A program made the position numbers and the translations under genes. Below are positions 50,030 through 61,900 of a DNA stretch of 64,000 nt, piece after piece. Within the stretch, counting starts at the first letter, position 1; each line of letters opens with the position of its first letter. A model generated the notes under the pieces. The model was not told where the DNA came from. It worked only from the letters and a program-made list of their open reading frames with translations, and did not search any database. The stretch comes from Fimbriosthenelais zetlandica (taxonomy: Eukaryota), in NCBI GenBank assembly GCA_977030845.1, contig OZ365109.1:35836001-35900000 (forward strand), given 5' to 3'.

Positions 50030-53000
50030 CTATATACGTGTCGGTTCCTTCTTTTTGGTTTTGTAGTCCGCGGTGATGCCGGATTGTTCTCCACCATATT
50101 TCTTCTGATTGGATTTGGTTCGCACAAGTTCATGGAGCTGTTTTCTCAATGCATCAATCTTCTTTTGATCAACCTGAGTCAGCATATTAATCCGTGGCAT
50201 TAGGAAATATGAACAGAATCTTTGTTTGAGACAATCATGCATGATGAGCAACAATGACATTAGCCAGTCCATTAATGACCTGTTTTTCATCGAGGTCCTG
50301 AATATTGTCCACAATTTAAGCGAAGTCGTCAAGGATGGCGGAAACACCGTCCAATCCTCACCTAAATCATCCGCTATCGTATCAAAAAGCTCAAAAGCCT
50401 CCTTGGCTTTCTCAAAGAACTCTCTTTTCAGACACAATTCTAGGAGTCTTCTTTCCAGAGGTTCAAAACTGACCACCCATGACTTCAGGTGGTTTTCCTG
50501 CGGCAATGGGTGGGCAAGTTCTTGTTCTCTTTCCTCTTTCTTTCTCTTGGTTCGTTTTGTTACAACCCCTTGTAAGAACCCGGGAACAGTCGGTTTCTTT
50601 TTCTCTTCCACATGTCTTCCTTCCAATTTCCAGAAGAGGGACCAGTCCCTCATTTCCTCCTCGAATTCACGCATCACTTCGAGACCGACGCGAGAGTAGG
50701 GCAGGACATGGGGCGTGGGCATGCGCACTTGAAAACCGGAAATGCGAGGCCTGCCTGCAGCTATGATGATGGGGACTATATTGAGAGTGAAGGAAGAGGT
50801 GGTGCTCTCAGCTGTGGTATCCATGTTGATGAAGCTCACCACCAAAGTAACCTCAGGGGGTTTAGACGACATTATTATACCGTATAAATCGCGACCGATG
50901 GTTATTTTGTCCAGAGACACGATAGCTTTCTGCAGAGCTGAAAGAGTGTAAGTGCAATCTAAATTGGATCATCTCGTTTCCATATTTTGAGTTTGACTAA
51001 AGTTTCACATCTCTGCTATAAATAGTCTACTATAACACATCTGAAATATAATATGGGCTGGCTTATATTTTGTTTTGGCTTTATATTTCAGAATATTATC
51101 ATTGTAATGAAAGAGCATTAATTCGTATCTAACAATATTGCAATAAAAGTAGGCCTAGTAGGCCTAATGAATTGATAATGTAATTAATAGTTTGTGACAT
51201 GAATGCCAATAGTATATTTACTAACTCTACATAGGATCAATCGCTATAGCCTAAAATAAAGGAAGTCCCAAATCTTGTATTGCTTCAAAGACCGCCGCGC
51301 CATGGGCCTATTAGTTATGGGTGGAATCAGGATGGATGAGTGTGAGTCATTTTCATCATTTTTATGTATGACTGTGTAAAAAGAAACTTACCATCTTCAA
51401 TACATTTGTGGGCTAGGGAAGGTGTGAGGTATTCATCACCAAGGAGCAGCGGGCCCCATGTTCTTTTAACTTTTAATTTTTCAGCGGGCGTCAGTGAGGG
51501 GTTTAACCTTGCCACAGCATACCCTGGAGGGACGTCCCGCGGCAGGGTGGATACAATCTACAATGACATTAGAGATTACAGATAGCAATTATAGTTTCCC
51601 CAATTAACACCAGTCATTTCATATCATTTCAACCATACCAATATTGTATGTGTATGAACATACGAAAGAAACAATGTACCACTTCAAAGCACTCACTCTT
51701 TTCTATGTTTCCTCCTCTCCACTCTCAACTGTTCTTTCTCTTTTAGACTAACTTATCTCTCCAATTCTAACCGCTAACACTCTTACTTCTATCTCATTTT
51801 CTACCTCTCAATCTTTTCCACTTTATAATGATTTAAATGATAAATTGCCTGTGTTTTTATTAAGCTGTAGCGACGAAAACCTACTACAATTGTAGAGAAC
51901 TCCAGCATAATCCAAATAAAAAAAAAATTCAGTGGCGCTTCACCTATATTTCCGCTTCCTGTTTATTACCAGTCAAAGTGTAAGCCACGGGCCTCATAGG
52001 AATGGTACCCAAGGACAATGATGTAAATAACATGGCTGATTTAAAGGACTTTCCTGTGCAATTAATGTGAGACGAACTGAATGTAAAAGGCATGTCATCC
52101 ACTGAAAAGTGGAAAGGGGACATTATACACCTTGAGGAAAGGTTTTTTTTGTGAACCGTTTGTGAACCGTATTCCCCGCTCCCAACCTAGGACAATACAC
52201 ATAAACCGGAAGTGGCCATGTTTTCATCTGAAGTTCAATTAGAGGTTTTTCGTCATACACTAGGTGGCAGGGCAATCGATTTGGGCTATTTGTAATTGCC
52301 TCTATTAAACCCACAGTTGGGAGCAACATGGATGAAACAGGTATAGTTAATTAAATATATCAGATGTTGACATGCAAGTTTCAAATCCCTAAAACTGTAG
52401 TCTACTAAGAAAATGGATCGTTTTTTCTTTAAATATTCAAGAGGAATATAGAGTATACGAAATGGCCCCTCGTTGGAGAAAACTTCAGGGTCTGCCGGCC
52501 ATTTCCTGACTTAATAACATGCGAGGATGTCAGACCAGGAGAGTAATAGGTCGATTAGTCCCCTAATGAAAATGTATGAATTTAGCTCAGTTCACTCCAA
52601 TATAACAGATGAGTCTAATTAGTGTGAAAACCTAATCAGTGTTCCGACTACTAACACGAATGCATCTGTACTTGTCTCAAATAATAATTAACAGGAGGGG
52701 GTCCAGGATTTGGGAAAATGGGGGCGGCAATTTCTGAACAGGGGTAGTGGAGGGGGGTTCAGCCTTAATAATTGTGCCCAAAAAATCTTTTAGCGACAAG
52801 TTGGTTCTTAGTTCCTGGTTTCGAACTAGGAACCACCTAGTTCCGTTTAAGAAAAATCACCGTGTATGACTACAGGGGCCCATTGTACTAAACCAACGAG
52901 ACCCAACCACCCCTCGTAGAAGCATTTCCATTGTACCATCGTTGGCAACGCTTGTTGTTGACAGCTAAGATTGCCAACGATGGTACAATGGAAATGCTTC

Positions 53001-55125
53001 TATACGAGGGGTCATTGAGTCTCCTTGTCTTAGTAAAATGCGGCCCAGACCTAAGTGGGCAAACTTACGTCAAAAGCCTCTGCTGGGATGGGCGGCCTCA
53101 AGACCAAGGTTATGTCAAAGATGTCACTGGTTCCTAATCTTTGTCTGATCTCTTCACCTTTCTGTGGGGAATCGTGCATTCCAAAGATGAAACACAGGGG
53201 GAAGCGTTTATGTATCCTGGCTGCCTCAGTGAAGAGTATCTGAAAATTGAGATCAAATAAATTGATCTACATCTACATTTATGCCAATTTAATTCAACGT
53301 TTGATATTGAAAATAAAATTAGCCTTGTATCGATTAGGCTGAGAATTGTTCATTGAATCATGAACCAGTTGTGGGATTTGAACCTGGCCATTTCGAACAT
53401 AAAATATAGTTACACAGTGAACCAACCTTTGTCACCAGTTTGGCTCTCTTCAGGTAATCATGTCCTTTTGGTAGTTGTTGCGTTGGTGAAGCATATCCCT
53501 CTGAATCTATGGGTGATATAGTACCAGTTCTGTAACCAGACATTCCAGGCACCTGGAAATCAAATAGAAGTTATGGAATAATTATCGAATTAATGTTTTT
53601 TCCTTGTCCTATCCATTTCGCCGGATGTCGGCTGAGCCTGTTTTATAGCACACGTATATATATACATGTAGTCATGTAGTATAGTGCTAAGGCAATTGGG
53701 AATGTTCTTCTGAAATTAAGTTTCTTAAGTGCTCCGAACTCGACAGGTTATAATATAGGTCCAAGGAAACCCCCACCTTTTCGAGTATGACCTTTTGTCC
53801 CTCAAATAGTAACTTTGGGGCCACAATATACTGGACAATGCCCTCCTCCCAACCCTTCTTTCCTTTTATTATTCGGAAGATTTTACCCCCATCAAACACG
53901 CCTGGATCCGCTCCAGTTGAATTTCAACCCCCACTTGGTGAAACCTTTAAGTTTTAAACCATTTTTTGGCTTAAAAATACCTATTTTTGTCTCACCTGTC
54001 CCCATGGGATGCCAGGCAGTGGCATGGAGCGTGGACTTGTCACCCGGGAGTTAAAGCCCATTGTACTGCTCTCCTGAGCTCCTCCACGAGGTACTGTATT
54101 CCAGCTGACTGTTCTCCTAACGCCCGCATTGAATGTTCTCGCCCGGTACAGGTGCTGGTCGCCTGATCTTTGGAGGTTCTCTTGAGAGTAAGACCTCATG
54201 TATCTGAAGAAAATAATAACCGTTTCAATCCAGAATTTCCATGCGTCACCTCTGGGGTTTGTTGTATACCAATAATATTTATCATAATTATTAAAGGGAT
54301 GCCAAACACTTGGGACCCGTTGTACTAAGCCAACGAGACCCAACGACCCCTCGTAGAAGCATTTCCATTGTACCATCGATGCTTATTGTTGACAGCTAAG
54401 ATTGTCAACGATGGTACAATGGAAATGCTTCTATGAGGGGTCCTTGGGTCTCGTTGGCTTAGTACAATGGGCCCCTGGTATAAAGTTATTTTTCTAGGTA
54501 GTTCTGATCTTAGATGGTTGATTTCAGTATAAATTATAGCAGGCTGATGTCTCAGTAGAGAGAAATCAATTCCTAAACATGAGAATTCGCCCCAGATTGA
54601 GGTATTCATGCCATCTTTAGCAAGTATGACGTCATGGGATGTCACATGGTGTTGGTTAGCCAATCAAGATGAGGAAGGGGTTGGACATTGCTATTGTTAT
54701 ACACACAGGGGGCGCGACTGAAGTCAGACTGGACTGTTAGATGGCGCCTGTGTAGAAAAATTACAATGCACCAACCCCTTCCTTATTCTGATTGGCTAAC
54801 CAACAACATATGATATCCTGTGACATCATACTTAGTCTTGCTAAAAAATGGCTGCCCTGTCACTGGGGTGAATTATCAAATTTAAGCTTTGATTTATCTC
54901 TACTGAGATATCAGCCAGCTATGGAATAAACTTCTTAAGTTGAGTTATAGCATACTATAGGTGTTTCCAAAAATTCAAAGTTAAACATGGGGGAAATGAT
55001 TACCTCGAAGCAAACATGGGGTCGATGCCATATCCTCTCTTGGACTCGGCCAGGAGTTGTCTGGTCCTGGGGCTGTGGTGGGAGGAACTGTAACCACTGG
55101 AGATGGAGGCGTTCATAGTAGACAT
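50030..55125 (-). CDS. Mab-21/cGAS-like (cGLR-fold) nucleotidyltransferase-superfamily protein, 509 aa, degenerate active site
   Basis: Exons 55125-55004, 54203-53996, 53552-53427, 51557-51392, 50937-50030 (TAG); phases 2,0,0,1 are consistent. Family-like motifs: PPGYAVARL, EYLTPS...ALQKAI, FTLNIVPII (cf. DLVPAI), WVVSFEPLERRLL (cf. WRLSFS..EK.LL), and C-terminal LMSLLLIMHDCLKQRFCSYFLMPRINML (cf. LL..L..CL...CPHYFIP..NL). Confidence 0.72.
52876..53045. mobile_element. Hairpin MITE family A, copy 5
   Basis: CAG|GGGCCCATTG...AATGCGGCC|CAG; matched TSD. Confidence 0.88.
54312..54474. mobile_element. Hairpin MITE family A, copy 6
   Basis: Left end mutated (GGGACCCGTTG); right end CAATGGGCCC|CTG. 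Confidence 0.85.
54528..54932. mobile_element. ~400-bp imperfect palindrome (old foldback element or MITE) in an intron of the Mab-21-like gene
   Basis: ATAGCAGGCTGATGTCTCAGTAGAGAGAAATCAA is inverted relative to TTGATTTATCTCTACTGAGATATCAGCCAGCTAT; inner arms GTTGGTTAGCCAATCA/TGATTGGCTAACCAAC; centre ~54725. Confidence 0.7.
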
Positions 55126-56336
55126 TGCTGATGATGATGATGATGATGATGCCCCAAGGTACCGCGTTTACAAGTATATTAGAGACTGGAGTGAGTCATC
55201 CTGGCATCTAGAGCAGACAAGAAATGATAAAACATATATTGTCAATTCATTTAATCAATTAAAGATATGATTTCAAGGCATTGATATATGATAGGCATAT
55301 ATCGTTACACAGGGGTCAAGAGAAATTGCAATAACTTAAAGTACAATTCTTTTGCAAAGACTTGAACATGAACTTTGAAATAGGCATGTGCTTATATCCC
55401 GAATTAAGTACGCCATTGTTGTTCATTACATAAACTTGGGATATGCACGTGAAAATCAGCCTGGGAAGTTAAATTGTAATGTTGTATTGATCCGAGCCCT
55501 GTACTGTAGTTGCTTAAGCCTTTACTTACAATATGAGGAGTTAGTACAATAGATTTTCAACTCAATAGTAAACTTGATAATGTACGATTTTTTCGTCAAC
55601 ATTTGTACTCATAATTAATTACTCCATGTTCCAATTTTATTTTTGTCACATTTACTTATCCAATTTCCTATTTTTTCCTTTATGATCTGGTCCATATTTA
55701 TCATTAGGCTACGTGAGTGATTATTTAGATCCATAGAGAGTAAATAAACAGATAAAACATCTCATTAACTTCCCAACAAATACTTAAGTTCTATAAAATC
55801 CACTTACTCAGGCCTAATCTTGACCCGTGCATTTATGTCCTATTTTTCATGGCATCCAAATTGTGATATTTAATGCATTTAAGGCATTCTGAATAATGTC
55901 TGTCTTGTGACTCCTGTTTGGTATCAATAACATAATATCATAGAGCTCAGAGTTGTGACGAAGTTAGAATTAAATCCTAATTGTGCAGCTCCTGTGTTAT
56001 AACTGTGCAGCTGCTCCTGTGCTGGCATTTTAGCACGGTGGTTCTATTGTAACTTCTAAGGGCGGATCCAGGATTTTGGAAACGTACGGGGGGGGGGGGC
56101 GGGCTGCGGGGGGGGGGGCTAAGGTCTGTGAAAGTTCTGGGTGGGGCGGGGTTAGCATTGGGGACCAAAAGATATGAGTAACGAAAATAAAATCATCTCT
56201 GAAAGGGGAGGGTTCTGACCCCCTTGAGCCCAACCCCGACCCCCGTTTTGCCAGATTGAAGTCATTGGATATGTGTACTATGATTGTGTATATATTATAA
56301 CGTTTGGATACTTTATGCATTTGATCTGCATGGCCC

Positions 56337-56406
56337 GGGGACCTGTTTCAAAAGGAATATTAGCAATGCTAAGTCTATGGCTAATATTCGTTTTGAAACA
56401 GGCTCC
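56337..56406. mobile_element. Mini-MITE family B
   Basis: GGGGACCTGTTTCAAAA-GAATATTAGC...GCTAATATTC-GTTTTGAAACAGGCTCC; a second degenerate copy lies at ~57345-57412. Confidence 0.65.
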
Positions 56407-58833
56407 AGGTCATTTACGTACATTATGTACTCTGTAATTCAATGAATGGGAAGTGCGCCATGTTGTTTAAGAATGACGTCATACTAAATGACTGCGCTTC
56501 ATTGAACAAGGTATGTTACAAGAGAGGCCTATATGCCTTGTACTTAGGGCAAACACTATAACATTTCCTTAACAATACCAAACTTATTTTACTGGTATTT
56601 TGTCATATAATTATTGCATGTATAGATCTACTAAATTAGATATTTTTCTTTAACTGTTATTTTTAAGTATCTATTACTACTATATAGGCTAAAGGGGAAA
56701 ATGAATCAGCACTTTTTAATTTTCTACGAAGCTCCTAAACTGTTTCTATTAGGATAGGGACCAATACATGTTAGAAGAATATACATTTGGAATGTATATT
56801 CTCCGACAGAAATATCGAATAATCAAAGCTTCATTGTAGCCTATAAACTGACTTGAAATTAGGCCTACTATTAATATCAAAAGAGTCCAAAGTGAGAGGT
56901 TCAATGTATACTTGAAAAGCCTACCTACGTAACATAAAATTCCCATTTGAATTTCCAAGTTGCAGGCAATCGGCAAATATCCTTTTCGTTGCCGTACATT
57001 TCGTTGATAAATAAATGTTTTCCATCATCTGTTTAAACAAGGAAATCTGTGTTTTCCATGATGGGATCGAAGAGAATTATTGAAAGAAAAGTCTCTGATT
57101 ACTTGTAATGTGTGATTAGTTCCAATTGGTTGAGTTAGTGGTGGCGCTTCTGATCCACATGTGGTCACCATGGCGGAGTCAGTCATGTGGAACCAGACAC
57201 TGGTGAGAAATCTTCTTCCTTCAGTCAGTTTATTGTGAAGACTTCTCCATTGTGAATTAAAAGCTTCACATTATTGTCGGCCGATTTGGAATGTGCAAAG
57301 GCATTGTTTTTTATACAATGACAATGTATCTACAATTAATACTTCTTGGAATTTCAAAAGAAAAATTAGCAATGCTAAGTCTATGGCTAATTTTTGTTTT
57401 GAAATAGGCTCCTGAACTTGGAAACTCTTTTCCTGGGTCTGTTTCAAACAACGATTAGTAGTGTAAAGTCTATGGGATTTCTTTGCGCTGAAACTGGCCC
57501 ATGAACCTTCTATTAAGTCAATTGCATTGCGGAAAGATGCCATATATCCCAGAGATATCGGATATTGGTACGGAAGAAAATACCTGCCGTACTTCAGTAG
57601 GAGTTCCTCTAAGAAAATATAATGCACATGATTGTACATGACTCTCCGCAGACAAATTAATACAACGGCCTGGCTTATTTTTTTCCGACAACTAGGCCTA
57701 TTGGAGTGGAAACATGTATGTTCCCGTTGCATCTTGTTTTGAATGTGTGAATGAATACAAATACCCCCACCCCTAATGTACTTATCCACAAGACATTAAT
57801 TCCCATTAAATCCAATTAAAATATTTGCTTAAATAGCATTCATAAAATATTATCCTCGGCCTAATCCTACATCATTGATTGGGTTCTTTCTACTATGGCC
57901 AGTTGCATAAGAAAGATGCAGTATACTGTACTTATATGTTATAACTTCGCTGGTCTTTTTATTGCAAATGTCCCTTAATAAATTGAAAAATTGTCAAGGC
58001 ATCTTTTTCAAACACTGAAAATGCCCATGCAAGTGGGTGGCGGAGGAAGGGGATTTGTCAGTCGATTTGTCATGTTAAAACAGGTAGTTGTTTAACTTGT
58101 CTAAACATGAGATAAAGGTGGCGAGATGTCTGGCCAAAGTATTGCCATCCTGACACCTTTTACACTATTGATTAAATCACTATTGGAACTACATGTGTCA
58201 TTTAAATATAGACGGATAAGATATAGGCCTAAAAGGTGTGGTTTTCTTGGTATACAAAAACTGTGAAGTCAAAAAAAGGAAATAACGGGAACCAACTGAT
58301 AAATCAAGTTCAATCGCCATTTTTTGCCTTGCCTCACCCCATCTGCTGGCTCATGAAAACTGGTCATGCATTGTGCCAAGCAATTTAGTTAAAATCAGTT
58401 ATGTTAAAACCAGATTGGTGCTTATAACCCTGAAAAAATTTACCACCTATACTGTTGAGGAATCACACACGAACAGAGCTTGTGCCCATCGTTTGAAATT
58501 TGACCCCTGAGTAATAAATTGTGAGGCACTTCCTCAATTTATTATTAATGGATTTAAAACTTTTTAAAACTTTTTAAAACTCTCTTGACTTTTTGACCTT
58601 TTAATCGATGCAATCTCGTTACGTTGATGTTATAGACGCATGACTTATCACCATTGTCATAATAAAATCAAAAATCAATAGTATCTTTGATCTTGGAATG
58701 GCTATCATTAAGTGTATATTTTTTCATATCACCGTAGAAGTTCTGCCGGCGATGTCTTGTGAATAAAATGAGATAACGAGCGTTGCTGAGGAGTTCTCCT
58801 TCCACTCGACCTCGAACTTTGATAAGAGTTCCC

Positions 58834-58843
58834 TTATATAAAG
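58834..58843 (+). promoter_or_regulatory. Candidate TATA box of the lysozyme-like/VWA gene
   Basis: CTTATATAAAGG about 100 bp upstream of ATG 58944. Confidence 0.45.
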
Positions 58844-58943
58844 GCACAGGGGCGCGGTCCTTCTTGATTGGGGCCCAGCCGCAGCTGCAGACCGTCGCAT
58901 CCCACCGGCACCCGTTCACCTCAATCTCTTATAAACTTTTAAA

Positions 58944-61900
58944 ATGATCAAACTGGGTATTTTCCTCGCCCTCGCGGCAGTCGGGGCGCTTGGCACAAGC
59001 CATGACGCGACCATGACGGAGGGTTCTAAAGGCGCCGACGTGGTGGAGCGCGTTTGTGACCGCATGCACTCCGCCTGCCTTTTTGATGACGACAAACTTT
59101 TCATGCGTCGTACTGCCTTCGTGGAGACGGCTGACGGAGAGGCTGGTGATACGTTTAAGCAAGGATACCACGGAGGCATTTGGAAGGTAGGCTTTTAAGT
59201 TAAATTTGTATTCAGCAAGATTTGTTAAGATTTGCGCTATTCACAAATTATTATGTTACATGGGAGGCGGTGGCGATTATGTCAGACCCCAAATGGTAAT
59301 AAATTGGTGATATTGTTACAGGGGCCCATTGTACTAAGCCAACGAGACCCAACGACCCCTCGTAGAAGCATTTCCATTGTACCATCGTTGTACAATCTTA
59401 GCTGTCAACAATAAGCATTGACAACGATGGTACAATGGAAATGCTTCTACGAGGGGTCGTTGGGTCTCGTGGGCTTGGTACAATGCGGCCCAGGAGGTGT
59501 CAGGTTGGGAGCAAAAATACGTAATATTTCTAAGGCCCCATGATGTAAATTACTCTTGCCAAACAGGATGAAATTATGGTTGAATGTACGGTGCGCTTTT
59601 CGAGCCACTTTAAGCTTTTCTTGAGATGCGCCCAGAACACGCAAGCAGCTATAGACCGCAACCGCATAACTGCCTAAGTATGTTGAAGCCATTACCAGAG
59701 TCTAAAAGCCCATATTCCTGCGCATGTTTGAAATCTCTTATTGTTCAATTGTTCCCCTGGACTCTAGAAAAATTCATCGGACTTTTAAAACTCAGGGTTA
59801 AAACAAAATTTTCGACGCCTGTTTTCAGTGATCTCGAATATGAAAGGAATAAATTACTAAATTTGGCAACTAATATTTAAAATATAAAATTTGAGTCTTT
59901 GTAAATTTCTAAGATTTTTAGAGTATCTACTTATAGTTCTTTGTACACTTATACTTGTAAGTATAAGTAATACATATAGGCCTATATTGCATACAACATC
60001 GAATTGTGTCTCGGTAAATAAGTGTGATTCTTGTAGAGCTTGCTTAAATTGTATTGACCAAATAGAAGTTGAGGTCCACATTTGTCAAACTGTATAAACA
60101 CTCTTTGACATGTGTTGATATGATGATATATACCACAGTTGTTCAGTTTGACATGAAAGTGTTATCAGGTTCCTGTCGTTGACATTTTGTGCCTGATAAA
60201 CGAGTACTTGGATCCAGGACTTGGATACCTGTCTTTTAAGCAACCAAGAAATGTTTGATGAATAGATTTCAATCTAAAATGTAGCATGTTTTTATCATGG
60301 GCGGAGCTAGAGTATTTTGGAAGGTGGACGGGCGTCTGAAATGGGGTATCCAAAATCTGACGTCTGAAATGGGGTATATCCAAAAATGTACTAATTTATT
60401 TTAGCGAAAAAAAAAATCATTCCCAAAATTGAGGAGTGACCCCCACAGATCGCTCAGTATTCCCAATCTAGGGGCCCAGGGGAGGATCTACCGTGAAAAT
60501 GTCAATTTTCAAACCCACCCACCCACTTTCTTTTTAGTTTTCTGTCTTTTTTCGAAGGCGGTAGTGGTCCTCGACTCTGGATCCGCTACTGATATATGTA
60601 AATAAATAAATAAATAAACAGAAGTTGTTCTTTTATTGACAACTAGGTGGACGAGGACATGTTTGCCACAACCCAGGAAGCTGCTGCCCAGGTGGCTCTC
60701 TCTGTCTACCTGGCCGACATCAAGACAGCGTTCGGTATCGACTGGAGCAAGACAACCTGGAATGAGTGCAGGAAACCTCTAGTGTCTGCTTTGGCCGCTA
60801 GGCTCTACATCCAGGTAGCCAATTACCTTACTATTATTTAAAGGGATATGAAACACTTACATTAAGTGGGTCTTTTGTTTTTGTCGCCTGGCATGAGAAC
60901 GGTATACTCTCTTAACATTTTGGTCCCCATATATAATAATTGTGCATCATTATAATGAAATATGCTAAGACAAATATAAAAAATTCGCTAACCACTGCCA
61001 TAAACTCTAATGTGATGGCTAAATTATATTTAAAGGAATTATCAATGGCAAATACTTTTATTTTATATAAAGGCCTGTATTTTGTGTACATCCTTGCGTC
61101 CGTTAATAATTTTAAGTAAATATTTCTTCTATTCTGTAATTAGCGGCAGATAGAAGGCACAAAGAACACCTTCCCTCGGGATATTCCTGGTCAGGCCACA
61201 TTCTGGGAGAAATACTACAGGACCGGTGGTGACAAGGATCAGTATGAGGAGGGAGCCAATAAACTTAACACACGTAAGATTTTTCTCCTATACAATGCAG
61301 TTTACTTTAGAAAAAAAGGGGGATTTACAGTTGGCAACAATGTTCATTATTATTCCCCTATCACAATTTTTGCTTAGGGCCTAAACACTGTACCGACACA
61401 TGCAGCCGTAACTGCAGTTACACACATACAAGATGGCGGGAGGCAGGTTTTGCCGATTTTTATTTTCCTCGATTGTTGCCAAACAAACCATTTTCTTAAA
61501 AATGTGAATCGACAGATCTCTTTTGTTTTGTAATATCAATGGATGGGGGTGACTAGATTGGTAAGTTTAGGTCCTATAATTGTGTAATCTACTTGAAAAG
61601 AAATCGGCTGTATGTAGGTAACTGGGTTCGTGTAAACATGAGGTACCACCCTAACTTTGTCTGCGTACCACCATAACTGTAACGGTTTTCTATCAATATA
61701 AACACGTTTCTAGACAATAACTAAATATATGAATGTGTCAGATAAGTTAATAATGTGCTTCTGGAGGGTATATGGTGATATGAGCTGGAGGTTATATCTG
61801 ATAACTTTATTACAATGATGTCAGGGGACATGGGGTGACTTTTCAGTGTGTTATAAACAGTACCACCATAACTGGCTTTTTCTTTGGAAGTTTCGAAGCG

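Noticed and set aside
50226-50951. + strand ORFs of 69-157 aa
   Set aside because: Antisense shadows of the Mab-21-like last exon.
53390-53427. KVGSL read-through as the cGAS GS motif
   Set aside because: It lies past the AAG|GTTGGT donor needed to join the next Mab-21-like exon, and that frame stops shortly after.
57271-57789. 172-aa minus-strand ORF
   Set aside because: AT-rich, overlaps a family B MITE remnant, no domain-like composition.
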